The position numbers and the translations under genes are program-made. Below the pieces are notes generated by a model. That model was not told the DNA's origin, ran no database searches, and was given only the letters and a program-made list of their open reading frames with translations. Positions 39,728-54,000 of a stretch of 64,000 bases of DNA are shown in pieces. Origin of the DNA: Chara braunii (taxonomy: Eukaryota; Plantae; Charophyceae); assembly GCA_003427395.1 (NCBI GenBank), contig BFEA01000030.1:3795257-3859256 (forward strand), written 5' to 3'. How positions within the stretch are numbered: position 1 is the first letter of the stretch; every line of letters starts with the position of its first letter.

Positions 39728-40219
39728 CCGTTATGATTGAAGAAGGTTAAGGCAATCGTGCGTCTTTCTTTTCTCCTGTACACCGAGATACATTAGCTTA
39801 AAAATTATGACGACAATTTCTAGATGTATTGACGATTCGCAACGAAGTCTGGAGTTGTCCCAGACGAGAATTATGGCACAGCACACTCCATTCTCGGACT
39901 TGCCACCCGCATCAGACCTGGTGCTATTAAAAGTTCTCCGACCGCCGAAACGTATGTTTTGCGTCTGTAGGCATTCGTCCTTTCGGCTTTTTGCAATATA
40001 GAAACTATCGGCCAAAGAAATGACGAAGTTCTAACGTGGTGAAAAATAAAAAATAGAAAATGAAGTTTTGGTAGTGTCATGTTAATGAGTGAAATACTAT
40101 CGACACAAGTAAAGTATTTGATTGTTGAATTTTTGAGAGAATTATGGAGGTCGTGCTGTTTTTTTAAAACTACCCAAGTGTGCCAATCCCATTCGGATAG
40201 ACTGCAGGACGGTGAACGT

Positions 40220-40309
40220 TGTATTCGCGCAAGATAACAAACGGTTAACGCTGTATTCGCGCAAGATAACAAACGGTCAACGTTGTATTCGCGCAAGATA
40301 ACAAACGGT
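40220..40309. repeat. 32-bp tandem repeat x3
   Basis: tgtattcgcgcaagataacaaacggt repeated. Confidence 0.9.
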
Positions 40310-40510
40310 ATTAGTGTTGGTTTCTTTGTTTTATATTTTTTCAACACACAAACGCACTTGCCCCATCTATTCTTGGGGGGGGGGGGGGGCGCGGCAGTCC
40401 GGTTCTATATCAGCTGCCAGCAAAAGATTTCAAAATGTTTTTATGAAGTCACTAGGAAGAACGTTCAGGTAGATAATTCACCGTGGTCATCGTAAACCGC
40501 AGCAGAGGAT

Positions 40511-40614
40511 ATACCTCTCTCGGCCTTTTGGCTAAGATCAAGTGTAGTATCTGTTCTGATCAGTTTAATATCTGATCCGTGGTCCATCGGGCCACATTAA
40601 AAAAAAAAAAAAAA
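40511..40614 (+). pseudogene. U2: U2 snRNA processed pseudogene (5' about 88 nt plus poly(A))
   Basis: ATACCTCTCTCGGCCTTTTGGCTAAGATCAAGTGTAGTATCTG... with branch-point box GTAGTA; poly(A); 17-bp TSD AAACCGCAGCAGAGGAT at 40494-40510 and 40612-40628. Confidence 0.95.
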
Positions 40615-43600
40615 CCGCAGCAGAGGATCTTCCACGGGAAAAAGAGAAGGGGAAAAACGGGATTTGAAATCGGCGACTTCTGGCGTGACAGATTGCAGTA
40701 CGTCTGTTCGTCGAATATCACGATCATTACTGGCACATGTTTCGATTTTTTGTGTTTGTTTGCCCTTGGCTTGCAGTGGTTGTTGTACAATCGCTTGACT
40801 GCGTTCGTCCTTCCCTCCGTTCTAACGGTTGCTGTTTGTTTTACGTCTATCGACACGATGATTTGCTGTACAGATACTATAGCTATTTATAGATAGTCCT
40901 GCTGTGTTCGCGGAGAAGTTGGTCAAACTTACATCCTCCCTGACCATGTATTCTGATTCGGGAAAATCTGCTGGAGTGTGTTTGTCCTTGTGATGGTTTG
41001 ATTTTGTTCCCCCCCTCCTCCCCCCCCTCCCCCCAATCCTCGTTTTCTATGTGTTGCTGTTTGCTTCTACCTCTATCAGAACGATCAGTTGTTCTACAGA
41101 TAGTACATCAGCTACGGATACAGCTCCGCTGTTTTAGTGCAGAAGTCGGTCAAACTTATATCCTCTCTTACTATGACTTGGGTAGTTTGTGCTAACGATA
41201 TCCTCTTCACTTCCCTTCTCTGGTAAATCTATCGGAGGCGTCTCCGTGACTGGCTCTCAAACAGACCGCCGCATTGTCAAGACCACTACCTAAACGCAGC
41301 CGAGCCTTTTTTAGGAGGTTCTTCGACCCATTGTACGGAGCGAGGGCGAGAGGAGGGGATTGTACGGTCGTAGAGGGGGGGATTGTGCGGTCGTAATCTG
41401 GAAAATATTGGGCGTTTATGTACAATTGAATTTCCAATGGCTGGTAATATAGTACAGTGCAATCGACGTATGCATTGTGGAACTTACCCGCCGAAAATTT
41501 CGTAGAGCCCTCTGATACACACACATCGCGGGCACGAATACATACTCTTGTAATCAGTCGCTAGCAGTCTGTCACTAGTATCCATCAGTCGCTAATAAGC
41601 AGGGGGGGGGGGGGGGGGGGCTATTATTAAGAACGAGGCGACATGATTGGGCTGCGCTATCAAGCACCAGGCGACATGATTGGGCTGTTTTCTTTTGAGG
41701 TGACTTCTGTGGGAGGATGGTGAGTTGTAGTGATGGTTTTCCATTATATCAAACAAATGGAAAATTTGTGCAATCTACTTAAAAACTTTCCCTTGGTGGC
41801 GTTGGTCTGTGAACAATGTCTCTTTTCCTCTGCGTTTTCCTCTGCGTTTTCGTTGGTAATCAGCTTTTTTTCCGTCCTGTGTGTTTTGCTTAGTGTGAGC
41901 AGCTAACGAGTTTGTGACTGAATTGTCTATGTTATTATCACAGCGATTGTTGCCGGTGAATGTGAGGCACAAGTGCTCGTAGCCTCTTCTCGCCCCCACA
42001 AGTTGTGATATTATTGACAGGAAGCAAGGCGGAAATGCCCGGTTAGCTGCTGTTATCAATGCTTTCAGCTGTACGGGAAAGCAGCACTTATGATGTTCAC
42101 TCCACCGTTTCACAGTTAGGCTTCCGTCAAGAAGAACGCCTTTTGGGCCTTTGTTTCTTCCTCCTCCCCCCCCCCTCCCCGCTCTCTGTAATGGACCATT
42201 TCTCGATTCATGCTTGTCAGCCTTGCCCCGGGGCCGTGCTAATCATCTTCTCTTTCAGTGCATCGTTCGTTCCAATTTTAACGAATGTCCCACCAATAAT
42301 TGTTCACTTGTAGAAAACGTGTCTTCCGTCAGGAAGAAAACGTGTTGGGGCTTTTTCGGTTGTTGACACCTAGATGGACATCGGGAAGAAAACGTGTTGG
42401 GGCATTTTCGGGTTTCTCGGATTTGTTATATATCTACGTACGTGAATGCTCGTGTGCAGGTCTCTCATCAAATCTCGGGATAAGTGACAATCTGGTCTCT
42501 TGTCAGTGCACGTGGTAATGAAGATCCGCTGCAGTATGAAGCTTCTATATTAAGCATTAGAGAGAGCGGAAGATGTTGGTGGAAATGAGAGAGAAGAGGT
42601 CATGATGGAGGCGGAGAAGTGTTTTTGCAAGGTTTGCTCCGCAAGCATCCCTTAATCGGATCCGTCCTTGAATCACACAAAAATGTTCCTGTACCCATCC
42701 AGTTTTTGTCTACCTTGCACACCATCGACATACGTACGGCCCGGGCTTTATATTGCTGCTTGTGGGAGCACTGGTCGAGTTCCTCGCTCTCTTAAAAGCT
42801 TGACCACTCGCTCTGGACGTCCCTCACCGACCTCCTCCCTTTCGCTGGCGCTCGCTCTTTCAATGCCGGCCAGATCACAATCGGAATCTAGGCAATGGCT
42901 AAGGACGGTTTCCGAATATAGACAATGGCACTGACTAAGGGTTGAGAATGCGATCGAGGGTGACTCCTCTATTAGGTCGAATGTGTCCTCTGAACACAGA
43001 GGATGAGTTTTGCGAGTTGGAATTCATTTACTCTCTGTTGCCGACAGTCGTTCCTCTCTCTCTCTCTCTCTTTCGAGGAGCGGAAGGTAGTCATAACCAC
43101 CTATGCTTCTTTGGTCTTCCTGGTTATATTGAGTCCTCTGGGATAGTTCTGCACACATAGGATTTTTTGCTGCTTTCTTGGTTGAGGAGCCCGTTGGCAT
43201 GCGCCAGTGGATGTCTGGACGTCCACGACAAGCGATCGTGTCTCTGCCACACGCGAATGGCTTTTTCGACAGACAAGTACCTGCCTGCCATTGAAACTAA
43301 TAAGTGGTATGAGAGTTCTGTTTGCGGATGTGCACGAGGGCATGTGTGTGGACGGAATCATGAATGGAGAGCCTCGTTGATGTCCAAGCTGTCGATGGGT
43401 CTATAGCTTGCTGAAGCTCCTCCTTCCCCCCCTTCTCCACCCCTTTTTCCCCTCTTTCTCCAGCCTCCACCACCTTTCTTCCGTTCGTGGACCTCTTTGT
43501 AGTCTTCATTCCGATTCCCCCCCCTTTCCCCTCTTTGTAGTCTTCATTCCGATTGCTGGTGTTTCGGTGGTCTTCCTTGGAAGATATGGGTGACAGCTGC

Positions 43601-43740
43601 AACGGTAGGGAGATCAGCCCGCTCGTTCACAATAAACGTGTAAAATTTCTGCCTGTTAATAGACGGTGGAGCCAATACACTGTCCCGTTCTCTCGATCCC
43701 TGTTCTAGTCCTCGTTGCTCTCCCTCTCTTTCTGTCTCTT

Positions 43741-43772
<32 letters not shown>

Positions 43773-44658
43773 TTTCTCTCTCTTTCTCTCTCTTTCTTTT
43801 TCTCTATTGAGAATCATTTCCGTGTGGTCTTAACTTGTAATAGAAATGGAGTATGTGGTTGTGTTTAGAGTTCAGCCCAGTGGAGGGTGAATGGTAGGAT
43901 CATCATAAGACTGCACTGAAGATGTGCAACAGATATTATTGTGGCTTCGGTTCTCTTAGCCATGCATGATTGAATTTCTATGTACGGACCGGTTCACTTT
44001 TGTTAACCTCTCTATTAGCTGAACTCCTATAGAGGAAAGAATTTGACGGAATTCTTTCGTGAGTACATGTTGTTTTTCCCCTTCTCCGCTGTTCTCTCAT
44101 CTTCTCCTCTGAATATCCAAACGGGATTGACTCTGATAGGAAGGGATGCGACGAGTCGTGTGAAGTCCTGAAAGGTCGATTGTAATGGCTGTCGACCTTG
44201 GACTGGGCGCGGCTCTTCCTCCTCCTCTGTTGTCTCTCACGTGCTAAAGATTGGAATTCTCATCAATCATTGGGGGGGGAGGGAGAGGAGGGGAGGGGGG
44301 AGGGGGCGAAGAAGGCCGAGTTGTAAGCTTGCAGGGATGTGTGGTGCGCTGCTTCAGAGGTATAGCATTAGGAGGTAGGTAGTCTCTCTGTGACAGCGTA
44401 TGCACTCGTGGCATGCATGATCATGCGAGAGTCTCTCACGTGTCGAGAGTCGGATCTCTTATAGATCATGCGAATGCGTCGAGATGCCTCAGAGTACAGC
44501 ATTCGGAGTTAGTATTTCTCTCTCCTCTCTTTCGTGTGTGATGCATGTCGTGTTCTTGTGCTTTTCTGACTCTTTGGCATGTCGAGGACATTGGCGGATT
44601 TTAGTTTTGTTGTGTTACTCTGCGTGGTGTGTATGCTGTTCTAAGTGTGTATCTTCTC

Positions 44659-44900
44659 TCTCTAGTGAAATCCTTCGTCTTTCTCTAGTGAAATCCTTCG
44701 TCTTTCTCTAGTGAAATCCTTGTCTTTCTCTAGTGAAATCCTTGTCTTTCTCTAGTGAAATCCTTGTCTTTCTCTAGTGAAATCGGTGTCTTTCTCTTGT
44801 GAAATCGTTGTCTTTCTCTAGCGAAATCCTTGTCTCTCTAGTTTTGGTTTGTCGAGGATATTGGCGGATTTTAGTGAAATGCTCTCTAGTGAAATCCTTG
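44659..44900. repeat. 22-23-bp minisatellite (tctctagtgaaatccttgtctt), about 9 copies
   Basis: Direct reading. Confidence 0.9.
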
Positions 44901-45656
44901 TCGCTCTCTTTCCCTCTCCTTCGTGTTCATATTTCTGCATGGTGTGTATGCTTTTCTAACCGAGGAGGTAGGGGCGTATTTTGTTAGTGGCCTTTGTACG
45001 CAGATGCAAGATTATGTGCTCAGCTTCTGTGCAGGCAGGGTAGGAGTATGTGCCTCCTCCTGCGCAAGGTAGGGGGTAATTTGAGCGTCGTGTGGAGCTG
45101 TGGCAGAGCGTCTGCCATTTGTTTGCCTGGGAATCGTACGATGATGGGTCGCGTGGGAATCATATGATGACTCTGGCATAGGGAGTATGACGGACGACAC
45201 AGCGTGGGCGTTTTTTCTCCCCATCTGTGCAGTTGTCTGTCTGTCTCTCTCTCTCTCTCTCCCTCTCTCTCTCCCTCTCTCTCTCTCTCCTGCTCCCTTG
45301 TTTATTTTTTTGTCTTTTCCGATCTTTCTCCTTCTGGGACGCGATGTTCACCTCCTCTCTGAGATTTGTCATCGGGTGAGAGGTATTCTTAATGGGCTGA
45401 AGACTTTGCTAGGCTGTGGATCCTCAAGTCAGTGCCGTCTGCAGAATGTGAAACTGACACAGCTGACTTGGTTGTATGAGACGGTTTTGCAGACAGACGG
45501 TTTGTAGGCCTTCGCGTAGAAGGTGCACTTAATCCTCAGCTTACGGGATTGAACGTGTGATTGATGGCTGCCCTTCATGTACAGGAATTTCATCATTAGA
45601 ATACGCTAATTGGTTTGAATACATATTTCATTATCGGTAAATTAACATACATTAAG

Positions 45657-45814
45657 GGATGAGAAAGGGGTTTGAACCCTGGTTATAATATTACTACTAT
45701 TATGTCAGTCACCAAGACTGATACCCTTGACCACTCGGACATCCATCGAAAGCAAAGAGGCCCTATTATGTCAGTTATCAAGACTGATACCTTCAACCAC
45801 TCAGACATCCATCG
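45657..45814 (-). pseudogene. trnS: Mitochondrial-type tRNA-Ser(UGA) relic (45657-45748) plus a partial 5' duplicate (45764-45814)
   Basis: GATGGATGTCTGAGTGGTTGAAGGTATCAGTCTTGATAACTGAC resembles plant mt trnS(UGA); the full copy has a long variable arm and GGTTCAAACCC, with anticodon changed to TGG. Confidence 0.62.
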
Positions 45815-48609
45815 AAAGCAAAGATGCCCCCTTGTACCCCTTTTCACCCCCTCAAACACATCCCCGATAAAGATGAGAAGATAAGATCCGGGCCCGCTTA
45901 TCCCGCCGGAACTAAGATCGGGGCCCGGTTATCCGGTTAGAAGTGAGATCCGACACCGGTCCCGGTTATCGAGTCGGAGCTAAGATCCGGGCCTGGGCCC
46001 TGGCCGGGTTATCCTGCCAGCACTTTGAACCACTGGTTCACATCCTGACGATTTTTGCTCTCATCTCATTGAATCATTAGTTCACATGGGACCTTGTGCT
46101 TTTACCGGGCGCGGGCCCACAACTAAGAGAATTTTGATTCTGGCCGGTAGGAAAAGTGGGATGCCACTTTGAAAAGCCGCAGTTGCAGGTTGGCGAGCCA
46201 TGGAAGGCTTCTTCCTCGACTTAGGCCCATGAAAAGAAATTGGTAAAGTCATGGGGTCATGGTGTCAACAAAAAAGCAATTGAAAGAAAAAGAAAGTGGT
46301 AAAGTTATGGGTGTCGTGTGTCGTGTGCATGCGTCTGCGTAAGGGGACAAACTAGTTCATGGGCATGCGTCTGCGTAAGGGGACAAACTAGTTGTGTGCA
46401 TGTGCATGCGTCTGTGTCGTGTGTCATGTTCCTACCTCAACGAGAACAGACATCTTGTATGGAGCGAAAAAAAAAATGAAAAAAAAGGAAAAGAAAGAAC
46501 TGCATTCGATCGTGATTTCCAGTCCGAATACAAGCTGTGAGACGGAAAAAGAAGCCAAAAAGAGATTCTGGTGCAAGATGCGTAGGGCTGGCAGTGCCAG
46601 GCCTAAAGAAACAAGAAAGGGGTTCTGGCGGAAGATGCGCTGGGCTGGCAGTGGCAGGCCTGACCCCCACAACCGTTTTGTAATCGAGGGGTGGGCAAAA
46701 TCCACTCGGGAAATGACGGTCGGAGAGGCGTTTGAATGCTGTGCACAACTTCGGGCATGGGAGGGGGAGAGACTTCGAAGTACCTTGTTTGCCGTTGTCA
46801 GCAGTTTTGCCATTCGCAATGAACAACCAGAATTTGGTGAATAGGTTGGCGTAACTTGGATGTGCGTTACTGGGTTTTGTTGTGTGTACCTACGGCTGAG
46901 CCTCTAGATATAGGGTGGGGGGGAAATTAGGCAGCAAACGTGTGGCTTCTATGTAAATACAGGGGGTGAACTCGGGAAGCAAACCTGTGGCGTCTATCTC
47001 AGTTTTTTTTTTTTTTTGTTTGTGTGTGTGTGAGAGAGAGAGAGAGAGAGTAGGACAGAGCAAGCGGGTGTCACTGATGTCTGTGATGGGGAAGACAGAG
47101 CCAGAATGGTGTCAGAAAGGACGGTGGAGTATACTCTAGTAGGGGAGGGGGAGGGGAAGACAGTCAGATGTGGTGTTACACCCCTGTGGCGGGGGGAGAG
47201 AGAGAGAGAGAGAGAGGGGGATGTGGAGGACAGGAAGTGGGTGTCACTGATGTCTGTGATGGGGAAGAGAGAGCAGAGAGAGAGAGAGAGAGAGAGAGAG
47301 GTGGATGTGGAGGACAGGAAGTGAGCGTCGCTGATGTCTGTGATGGGGAAGACAGAGCCAGAATGGTGGCAGAAAGGATGGTGGAGTAGACTTTTGCATG
47401 ATCTATATGTTTAACTATGTAAGTGATGATGAGTCGACACAAGGGTGGGGGTCTTAGAGAGGCTATTATAGCATGTCTTTCTCATGTGGGGTGTAAGCTG
47501 AAACCCAGTGGATGAACTTGCTATTTTCTCTCTGTTCCAGGAATGCTATCTCTGGTGCCCCCCCTGTCCTGATGAGGTCGGTTAGTGGTGGTAGATGAGG
47601 CACCCAGCTGCGCTAATAACGCAGATCCACGCTTTGTGGCCGTTAGGTGTACTTCTTTCTTTCATTGCAGGTATTTAAAGTTTAAACCCTTGCTGTTTTG
47701 GGCAGTTGCTCTCGTAGAGTACGATCAGTGTAAGGATGTCTTGTTGTGTTCTTCCCATGCTCAGCGAAATTTCTCACTCTTAACTGTTGTTGTCAACCAG
47801 GGCTGCAGTTCTGGCTGCTGTTTTTTTCCTAATTTAGCATTATAGCTCCTGCAAATCCAGAGCGTATATTTTTTGTGCATTCTGGATCGTGGGTGTACTT
47901 TTGGAAGTGTTCGTTCAATGATGCGCCAAGAACTTTATCTTCACGTGCACTGCATTAAAACTTACATGGAAGTGCAGCAGGTAAGAGACATTGTGGCCTC
48001 CAAGATGCCCCAATGTATACTTCGCCGGAAATCTTTCAGAGGCACAATCAAAGCGAGTGCCCTCTCGGTTTGCCTACCTGTCCACCTCTGCTACCACATC
48101 CCCCCCCCCCCCCCCCCCCCCCCCCCCTTGTGTGCTCACTTTCCTTCCTCTTCACCAGTGTCTGTGCATGTATGGGTTGGGTGGAATCCTCTTTTGCTGT
48201 GGCATCAGTGCAGCAGGGAATAATGTGTACCTGGGAGGAAATCTTTCGGAGGCACGATCGAAGCCCGCTCCCTTTCGTTTTCACTAGTTGTTAACCTCTG
48301 CTACCCCGTGCAGGCCCCCTTGTGCCCACTTTTGCATTGTCTTCCTCCTGCTTACCAGCAGTTGTGTATGTATGGGTGGAATCCTCTTTTGCTGTGGCAT
48401 CAAGTACTCATCTCTCATGTCCATCCATTATGAGGACCATATCGCTTGAATACTCGTTTTACGTCAAAAAAAAAAGGAAAGAAAAAGGAAAACCTGGAAT
48501 CTGTCCGTATTGGCTCTGTCTGGTATCTCTTTGACGGTTGTGTGTTTTTCCTAGCGAAGTAATTCGTCAAATTTACCAACCCCACTCGGTTCCTGGCACA
48601 CACACAAAA

Positions 48610-49000
48610 CAGTTCTCATGCTTGTAGCTTTCGCGTCAAAATAATCTCTACTTCTGCCTCGGCATGCTTCCTTCCCTCGAAAAGATGATGGAATATGTGC
48701 AAGCGCTTTGTTGCTTGCCTCTCTACTTGTGAAGCACCGTGCACAACCTTGTAGCGAACTTTGTTGCTTGCCTCTCTACTTGTGAACCAGCACACGACCT
48801 CCAATACAGTTTCTCATGCTTGTAGCTTTCGCGTCAAAATAATCTCTACTTCTGCCTCAGCACGCTTCCTTCCCTCGAAAAGATGGTGGAATACGTGGAA
48901 GCGCTTTGTTGCTTGCCTCTCTACTTGTGAAGCACCGTGCACAACCTCGTAGCGAACTTTGTTGCTTGCCCTCTACTTGTGAAGCAGCGCACGACCTCGA
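48610..49000. repeat. About 198-bp tandem duplication
   Basis: ttctcatgcttgtagctttcgcgtcaaaataatctc at about 48613 and 48811. Confidence 0.85.
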
Positions 49001-49738
49001 ACTACGTTGGGGTCTATCACGAAACGAGTTTTGTTTGAGTGAGCGTTAGCGAACGGGGACATTCCGTTTGCTCAGTGCAAGTCCTTGATGATTGTGACGG
49101 CAGGCAGTTTGGCCATGACACAATCCTGACAGCGGTTTGTGGTTTTAACTCCCATGGAAACCACAGTGCTGTGTCGTTGGTCGTGATGAGGAGGTGCATT
49201 GAAAACATCAATTGTGATTCAGTAACGTACGCGATGAGATATGGATTTTGGTACCGGTCATCTGAAACTCCTATTCCTTTTAGGGTTTAGGGGCCAATGT
49301 GTTTTGGCTAGGCCATGATACTACTGCCTGAGCGAGATCTGCAAGGGGCCAATGTGTTTCGGCTAGGCTGGCCCAATGGCTGCCAAGCCAAGCCAGTGAG
49401 GTAGGTCCCTGGTCTCGAGGTAAAAAGATTGCGGCATGTGCATTCATGGGCGCACACACGAAACCCATGCAGTGAGCTACCCACACCTGCTCTCACTGCC
49501 ACACTCTACTACTGATATCAAAAGCATAATTCCCCCCTCTATCACTTTCTCTTTCTCTCTCTCTCCTCTCTGTCCTCACTTTTGCCCCTCCGCTGTGCCG
49601 TCCAATCTTGCTCATCTGGGCATTGGGGCGTGATGTGTGGGGGTGGACATGTAGGATCATCTTTGTGCATTGTCTGCATGTTTGTCGTGTGTGTGTGTGT
49701 GTGTGTTGCATAGGGTACAGTGTGTCTATTAGTGTCCA

Positions 49739-49777
<39 letters not shown>

Positions 49778-50238
49778 GCATAGGTTTACATCCTGTTGGC
49801 GCAGGATGCTGAGGATTTGAAAGTCCTTGTCTTGTGCGAGGTCCTGGGTTCAATCCCCATGGGCCTTGTGTACCTTTCGCGGGCGAGCTTGGTGCCGGCC
49901 ACCCAGAGCTAGGCTGTTGGTTCCCCCTAGCGGCATTGAGCAGAGATTCGTGATGTTCGTACGGCGAGGGTACTGGACGTATGTGTTGTATTCGAGTTTT
50001 CCAAAAAACTGGTTTTCGGAAAGCTCAACCCTTTTCTTTGAATACAAGGGCACTTTGAATATAATGCATATGCGTTCTATTCAAACAATACGCATTTGTT
50101 TGAATTTCATGAAGAGAAAATTGTTGTATTCGAATATAACCTTCCTCCCCTCCCCCCCCCCACAAAAAAAAGGTCAACGCCTGCTCCATTCTTGCCCTGG
50201 TAAACGGGACAGGCCCGTGCAGGCTTGTAATCACAGAT

Positions 50239-50294
<56 letters not shown>

Positions 50295-51099
50295 CCCCCT
50301 CTGCTGCCGGCAAGAAACTACCCTTGCTGTCACTGGCAAGCTGCTCTCTCTCTCTCTCTCTCTCTCTCCGCGTGCGCGAAGGCGCTTCTGACAGCCGAGA
50401 GTGGCGTGGCCAAGAAAGTGGAAAAATAAGAAAGCCACCTACCAAGGGCCCAAGTAGGGGAATGGAATGAACCTCAACCCAGAACATGGAAAGGTACGTC
50501 GCTACTTTACTTTTACCTTTTTGCCAAGGCTCTGAGTCCCCAAGCCGTGGTCGAGAACTGGGCTTACTCAGCCTGGCCCCCTTGTGCAGGTAAAGTTGGT
50601 CTCGTTCACTCAAGTGTAACGCATGTGCGTTGTAAATGAATACAACACACGGTATGCGTTGTATTTGTTTACAACGCATATGCGTTATGTTTGGGGGAAG
50701 ACGGTAGTCTGTGTTAGAGTTTTGTTATGTTCGGTATGTTCGGGGGAAGATGGTAGTCTGTGTTTGAGTTGGGCATGCAAGATGCTGAACCCCAAAATGT
50801 CTGTGCAACGTGTGCTCCATTTGTGAATCTCCAGCTGCACCTGCCTTACGAGGAGGTCGAATGGAAAATGCATCTCCAGCTAGTCCTGTACGTTTCGTTT
50901 ATGTCTCTGCTTCGCTTGTTCATCTGTGTATATCTCTGCCTCGCTCGTGCATCTGTGTATGCATTGCGCCTGGACGGAACACATTTGAATGATGTATACA
51001 GGCATGAGTGAGTGAAATGTACCGGGAGCGGGCTGTTGTCATTTCAACCTTTCGAATTGTTCTTTGCTGGTCCTCATAAAAACAGCAAAGCTCAGTTCA

Positions 51100-54000
51100 G
51101 CAAGTCTTCTGTTCTTTAAACCCCACCAGTACTTCTGACCCTTGCCTTGCCGTGACTCGAAATGCACTGTGCGCAAAAGAAAGAACCAACCAACCAACCA
51201 TGGTGGGCTTGTGTTTGGCTGGTGCTGCCAGCCATACATGCAGTTCGTGGTCGACTCCCGAAGCTTGCGACTTAAACCAGCAGTACATGCACTGAGCTAT
51301 TGATACCTAGCCTAGTGTTGCCCTGCGCACCAGAAAAAAAAACAGAACTGGTGCGGGGTTGGTACTGCCAGCCATTTCGGTCCCGCTACCCGTACCCCCC
51401 CCAAAAATGTGGCTGTATATGAGCATCGTACTTGTTTTTCAAGCCGGGGTGTAATACTGGTGGTTTAAAGAACAGAAGACTTGCGCGCTAATCTTTCCGG
51501 GGCCTTGCGGACTGAGACTGCAGGCTAAGCTTTGCCGAATTGCCAGCCACGTACTTCTTTTCCTTTTTTGATGGGGTCCCTTTTTTTTGGCTGGGGTCCA
51601 GTAGTCCAGAGCCTCCCAATTGCTAGAGGCTTGGGTCATGAGTTCTTTTGAAGTTAATTGGGGTGCATGGTGTTAACTTGGGGCTTAGGGTGTTTCCAGG
51701 CCCGGCAAGGGAAGGGTCAAAAGCACTTGTGGTTAAACAACCGGTACTTCGTTGACAAGCGACAATTTTTGGAAACGTATGGGCCACTACAGGAGCGTCC
51801 ACATTCGTCGGACTTGAGACGTTTCTAGTCTATTTTGTCCTGCGGCTGGTAGCTCGGCCAATTACTGCTGGTTTTAACCGTGCACACCCTTTTTTTTTTT
51901 CCGAAACTGCCAGTGTCTTCCCCGTTAGTTCTGTCTTGAAGTAGGCGTAGAACCACTAGTAGCTCGTCCAGCTATGCAGTCCTACCCTCAGGCTACCAGT
52001 ATGCTGAGCATAGCGAGCCTGGGGGTAGCGGTAGTGGGACAGCCCAGGGCTCGAGGAACCAGCAGGAAAAAAAAAGGGGAAAACAGAAACACAACAAGGA
52101 TAGGGACGTGAAAGCAGCTGCATACATTCTCGGAAGTTCCAGTGTGAGCAAGCATGCCTTTCTCTGTTTTTTTAAAAAAAAGGGAAAAAGGCCGATTTAA
52201 AAGAAAAAAGGAAAGAAAAGGAGATGGAGTGATGCACCAAGACAATTGAGGGTTCACAAGTGGCCAAGGAAGAAACGTGGATTCTTCTGATGAGGACGGC
52301 GGAAACAGAGACCCGATGCGAATGGAGGAGTGTGTCGCACCGTGCGTCTAGATTTTTTCAAAAACTGCTCTGCTTCTGCTTTTCCCTCAAACGATGGGGC
52401 ATTCAACTGATGACCCCCCGTCCGAAGTGGCGCGTTAATGGCCGCATTGGTTTTTTTTAACTGCGCGAGGTACTGGTGGTTTAAGGCACTATCTCGTTTC
52501 CCCACCTGGAAAATCGAAGTCCCGGCGTGAATGCTGCTTCGACTTGGGGAAGTAACTGGGCACCGTTTGGCTGGACATCTGTCCACAGGCAGAATGAGCC
52601 TCGCACTTGACCCCTTTGTCCCTGACTGATGTGCCGCGAAAGGGCGCTCCAGTACTCCTTGAAAGTCGCAATGGAATGCACACTGCAAGTTTGATTTTCT
52701 AGCTGGGAAACATGCTGGAGGTTTAAACTGCCAGTACTTTTCCCAGCTTTCGGCTGCGGGCTCCGTGCGCCCAGATTTGGCAGTGTATGTGGCCGCCGCC
52801 GCCGGAAGCCGATTATGGCCTCTGTGTTAACAGGCGTGAAATGGCAAATGGCTGGTAAAGGTGCGTGTGGTTTAAACCACCAGTACCCCAGGAGGGGGAG
52901 GGGGGGACTGGTGGTTAGGCTTGGATCCCACAGTGGGTTTTGAAGAAAAAGTTGGAAAAGTACCCTGAAAGTCGTGTCCGCGCCAACCGGTTCGTAGGAA
53001 CGAATTTGGATACCATAGGCCCAACAGTGAAGGCACTTCTCCACCAATTTCGCCGACATGCACTCGGTCCCCATGCCATCTACGGACATCCAACGGCCAA
53101 CGACCACGAACCGACAACAGAAAAAAGGGAGCTTTTGGAAATTCATCAGGAAACCAGCCACGACTCTCTCTCATGCCGCCACGAAGGAGGCCCAGAGAAG
53201 AAACAGCCGAATTATTTTTCCTGTCCGCGCACCATGGAAACGTGTGGGATTTCTTTATTTTCACTCAAGTACCCCTACTAAAGATTGTGGGATCCAAGCC
53301 TTAGGCTCTCTCTGGGGAGGCTCTGGTGCAATTGCATATGGCCCAGCGCTGCGCACCGATTCAGCCTTCACGTTAATGGCCTAAAAACGTGGAGGTACTG
53401 GTGGTTTAACACTCACCTTACTTTGGGACTCGGCTTACACACGAAAATGGATGGTGAGGCCATGAAAAACAGAAAATGAATGCACCTGTGTGCTAGGAAG
53501 ATTTTCATGACGGGCTGGTCACCCGGGCATGATGCCTGGGGGGGTCTGATGACTGACCGGGATAATCGGGCATGGGAAAAGAAAAAAAAAGAAGAAATGG
53601 CGGTGGGGGGGTTCCTCCGTGGCGACGAAAGCTGTTGCAGGTAAAGCCCAATGACAGGTCCACACGTCTCATATTTCTGAATGCCCTGTTTAGTACTTTC
53701 ATCCTTGATTTTAGTAAAATCCCCGTTTGTTCAGCCTTCACAGATGTTAGTAAAATCCCCGTTTGTTTAGAGTGTCGGCTTTACAGGGGGGAGAAAGGGG
53801 GCTATAAATTATTTCTAAAGGGGCTAAAGGGGCTTTAAGGGGGTTGCACTGGTGTGATTCGGTTATTTTCTGTTTTATCTTCAGTTCTGTGAGGAATTCT
53901 GATGTGTTTCTCTGCCGAAAGTTGTTTCTACTGCAATTCCAGTCTTTTTTTTTTTTCTTTTTTTTTTTTTTGTGGTGTTGAGGCTGTCCGGGACCCTGCA

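Noticed and set aside
44659-44900. CRISPR-like regular short repeats
   Set aside because: No unique spacers or cas genes; eukaryotic minisatellite
46392-46844. 150-aa ORF with a short internal repeat
   Set aside because: No recognisable domain or splice context
49279-49292. TTTAGGG x2 telomere-like motif
   Set aside because: Only two units; compatible with chance
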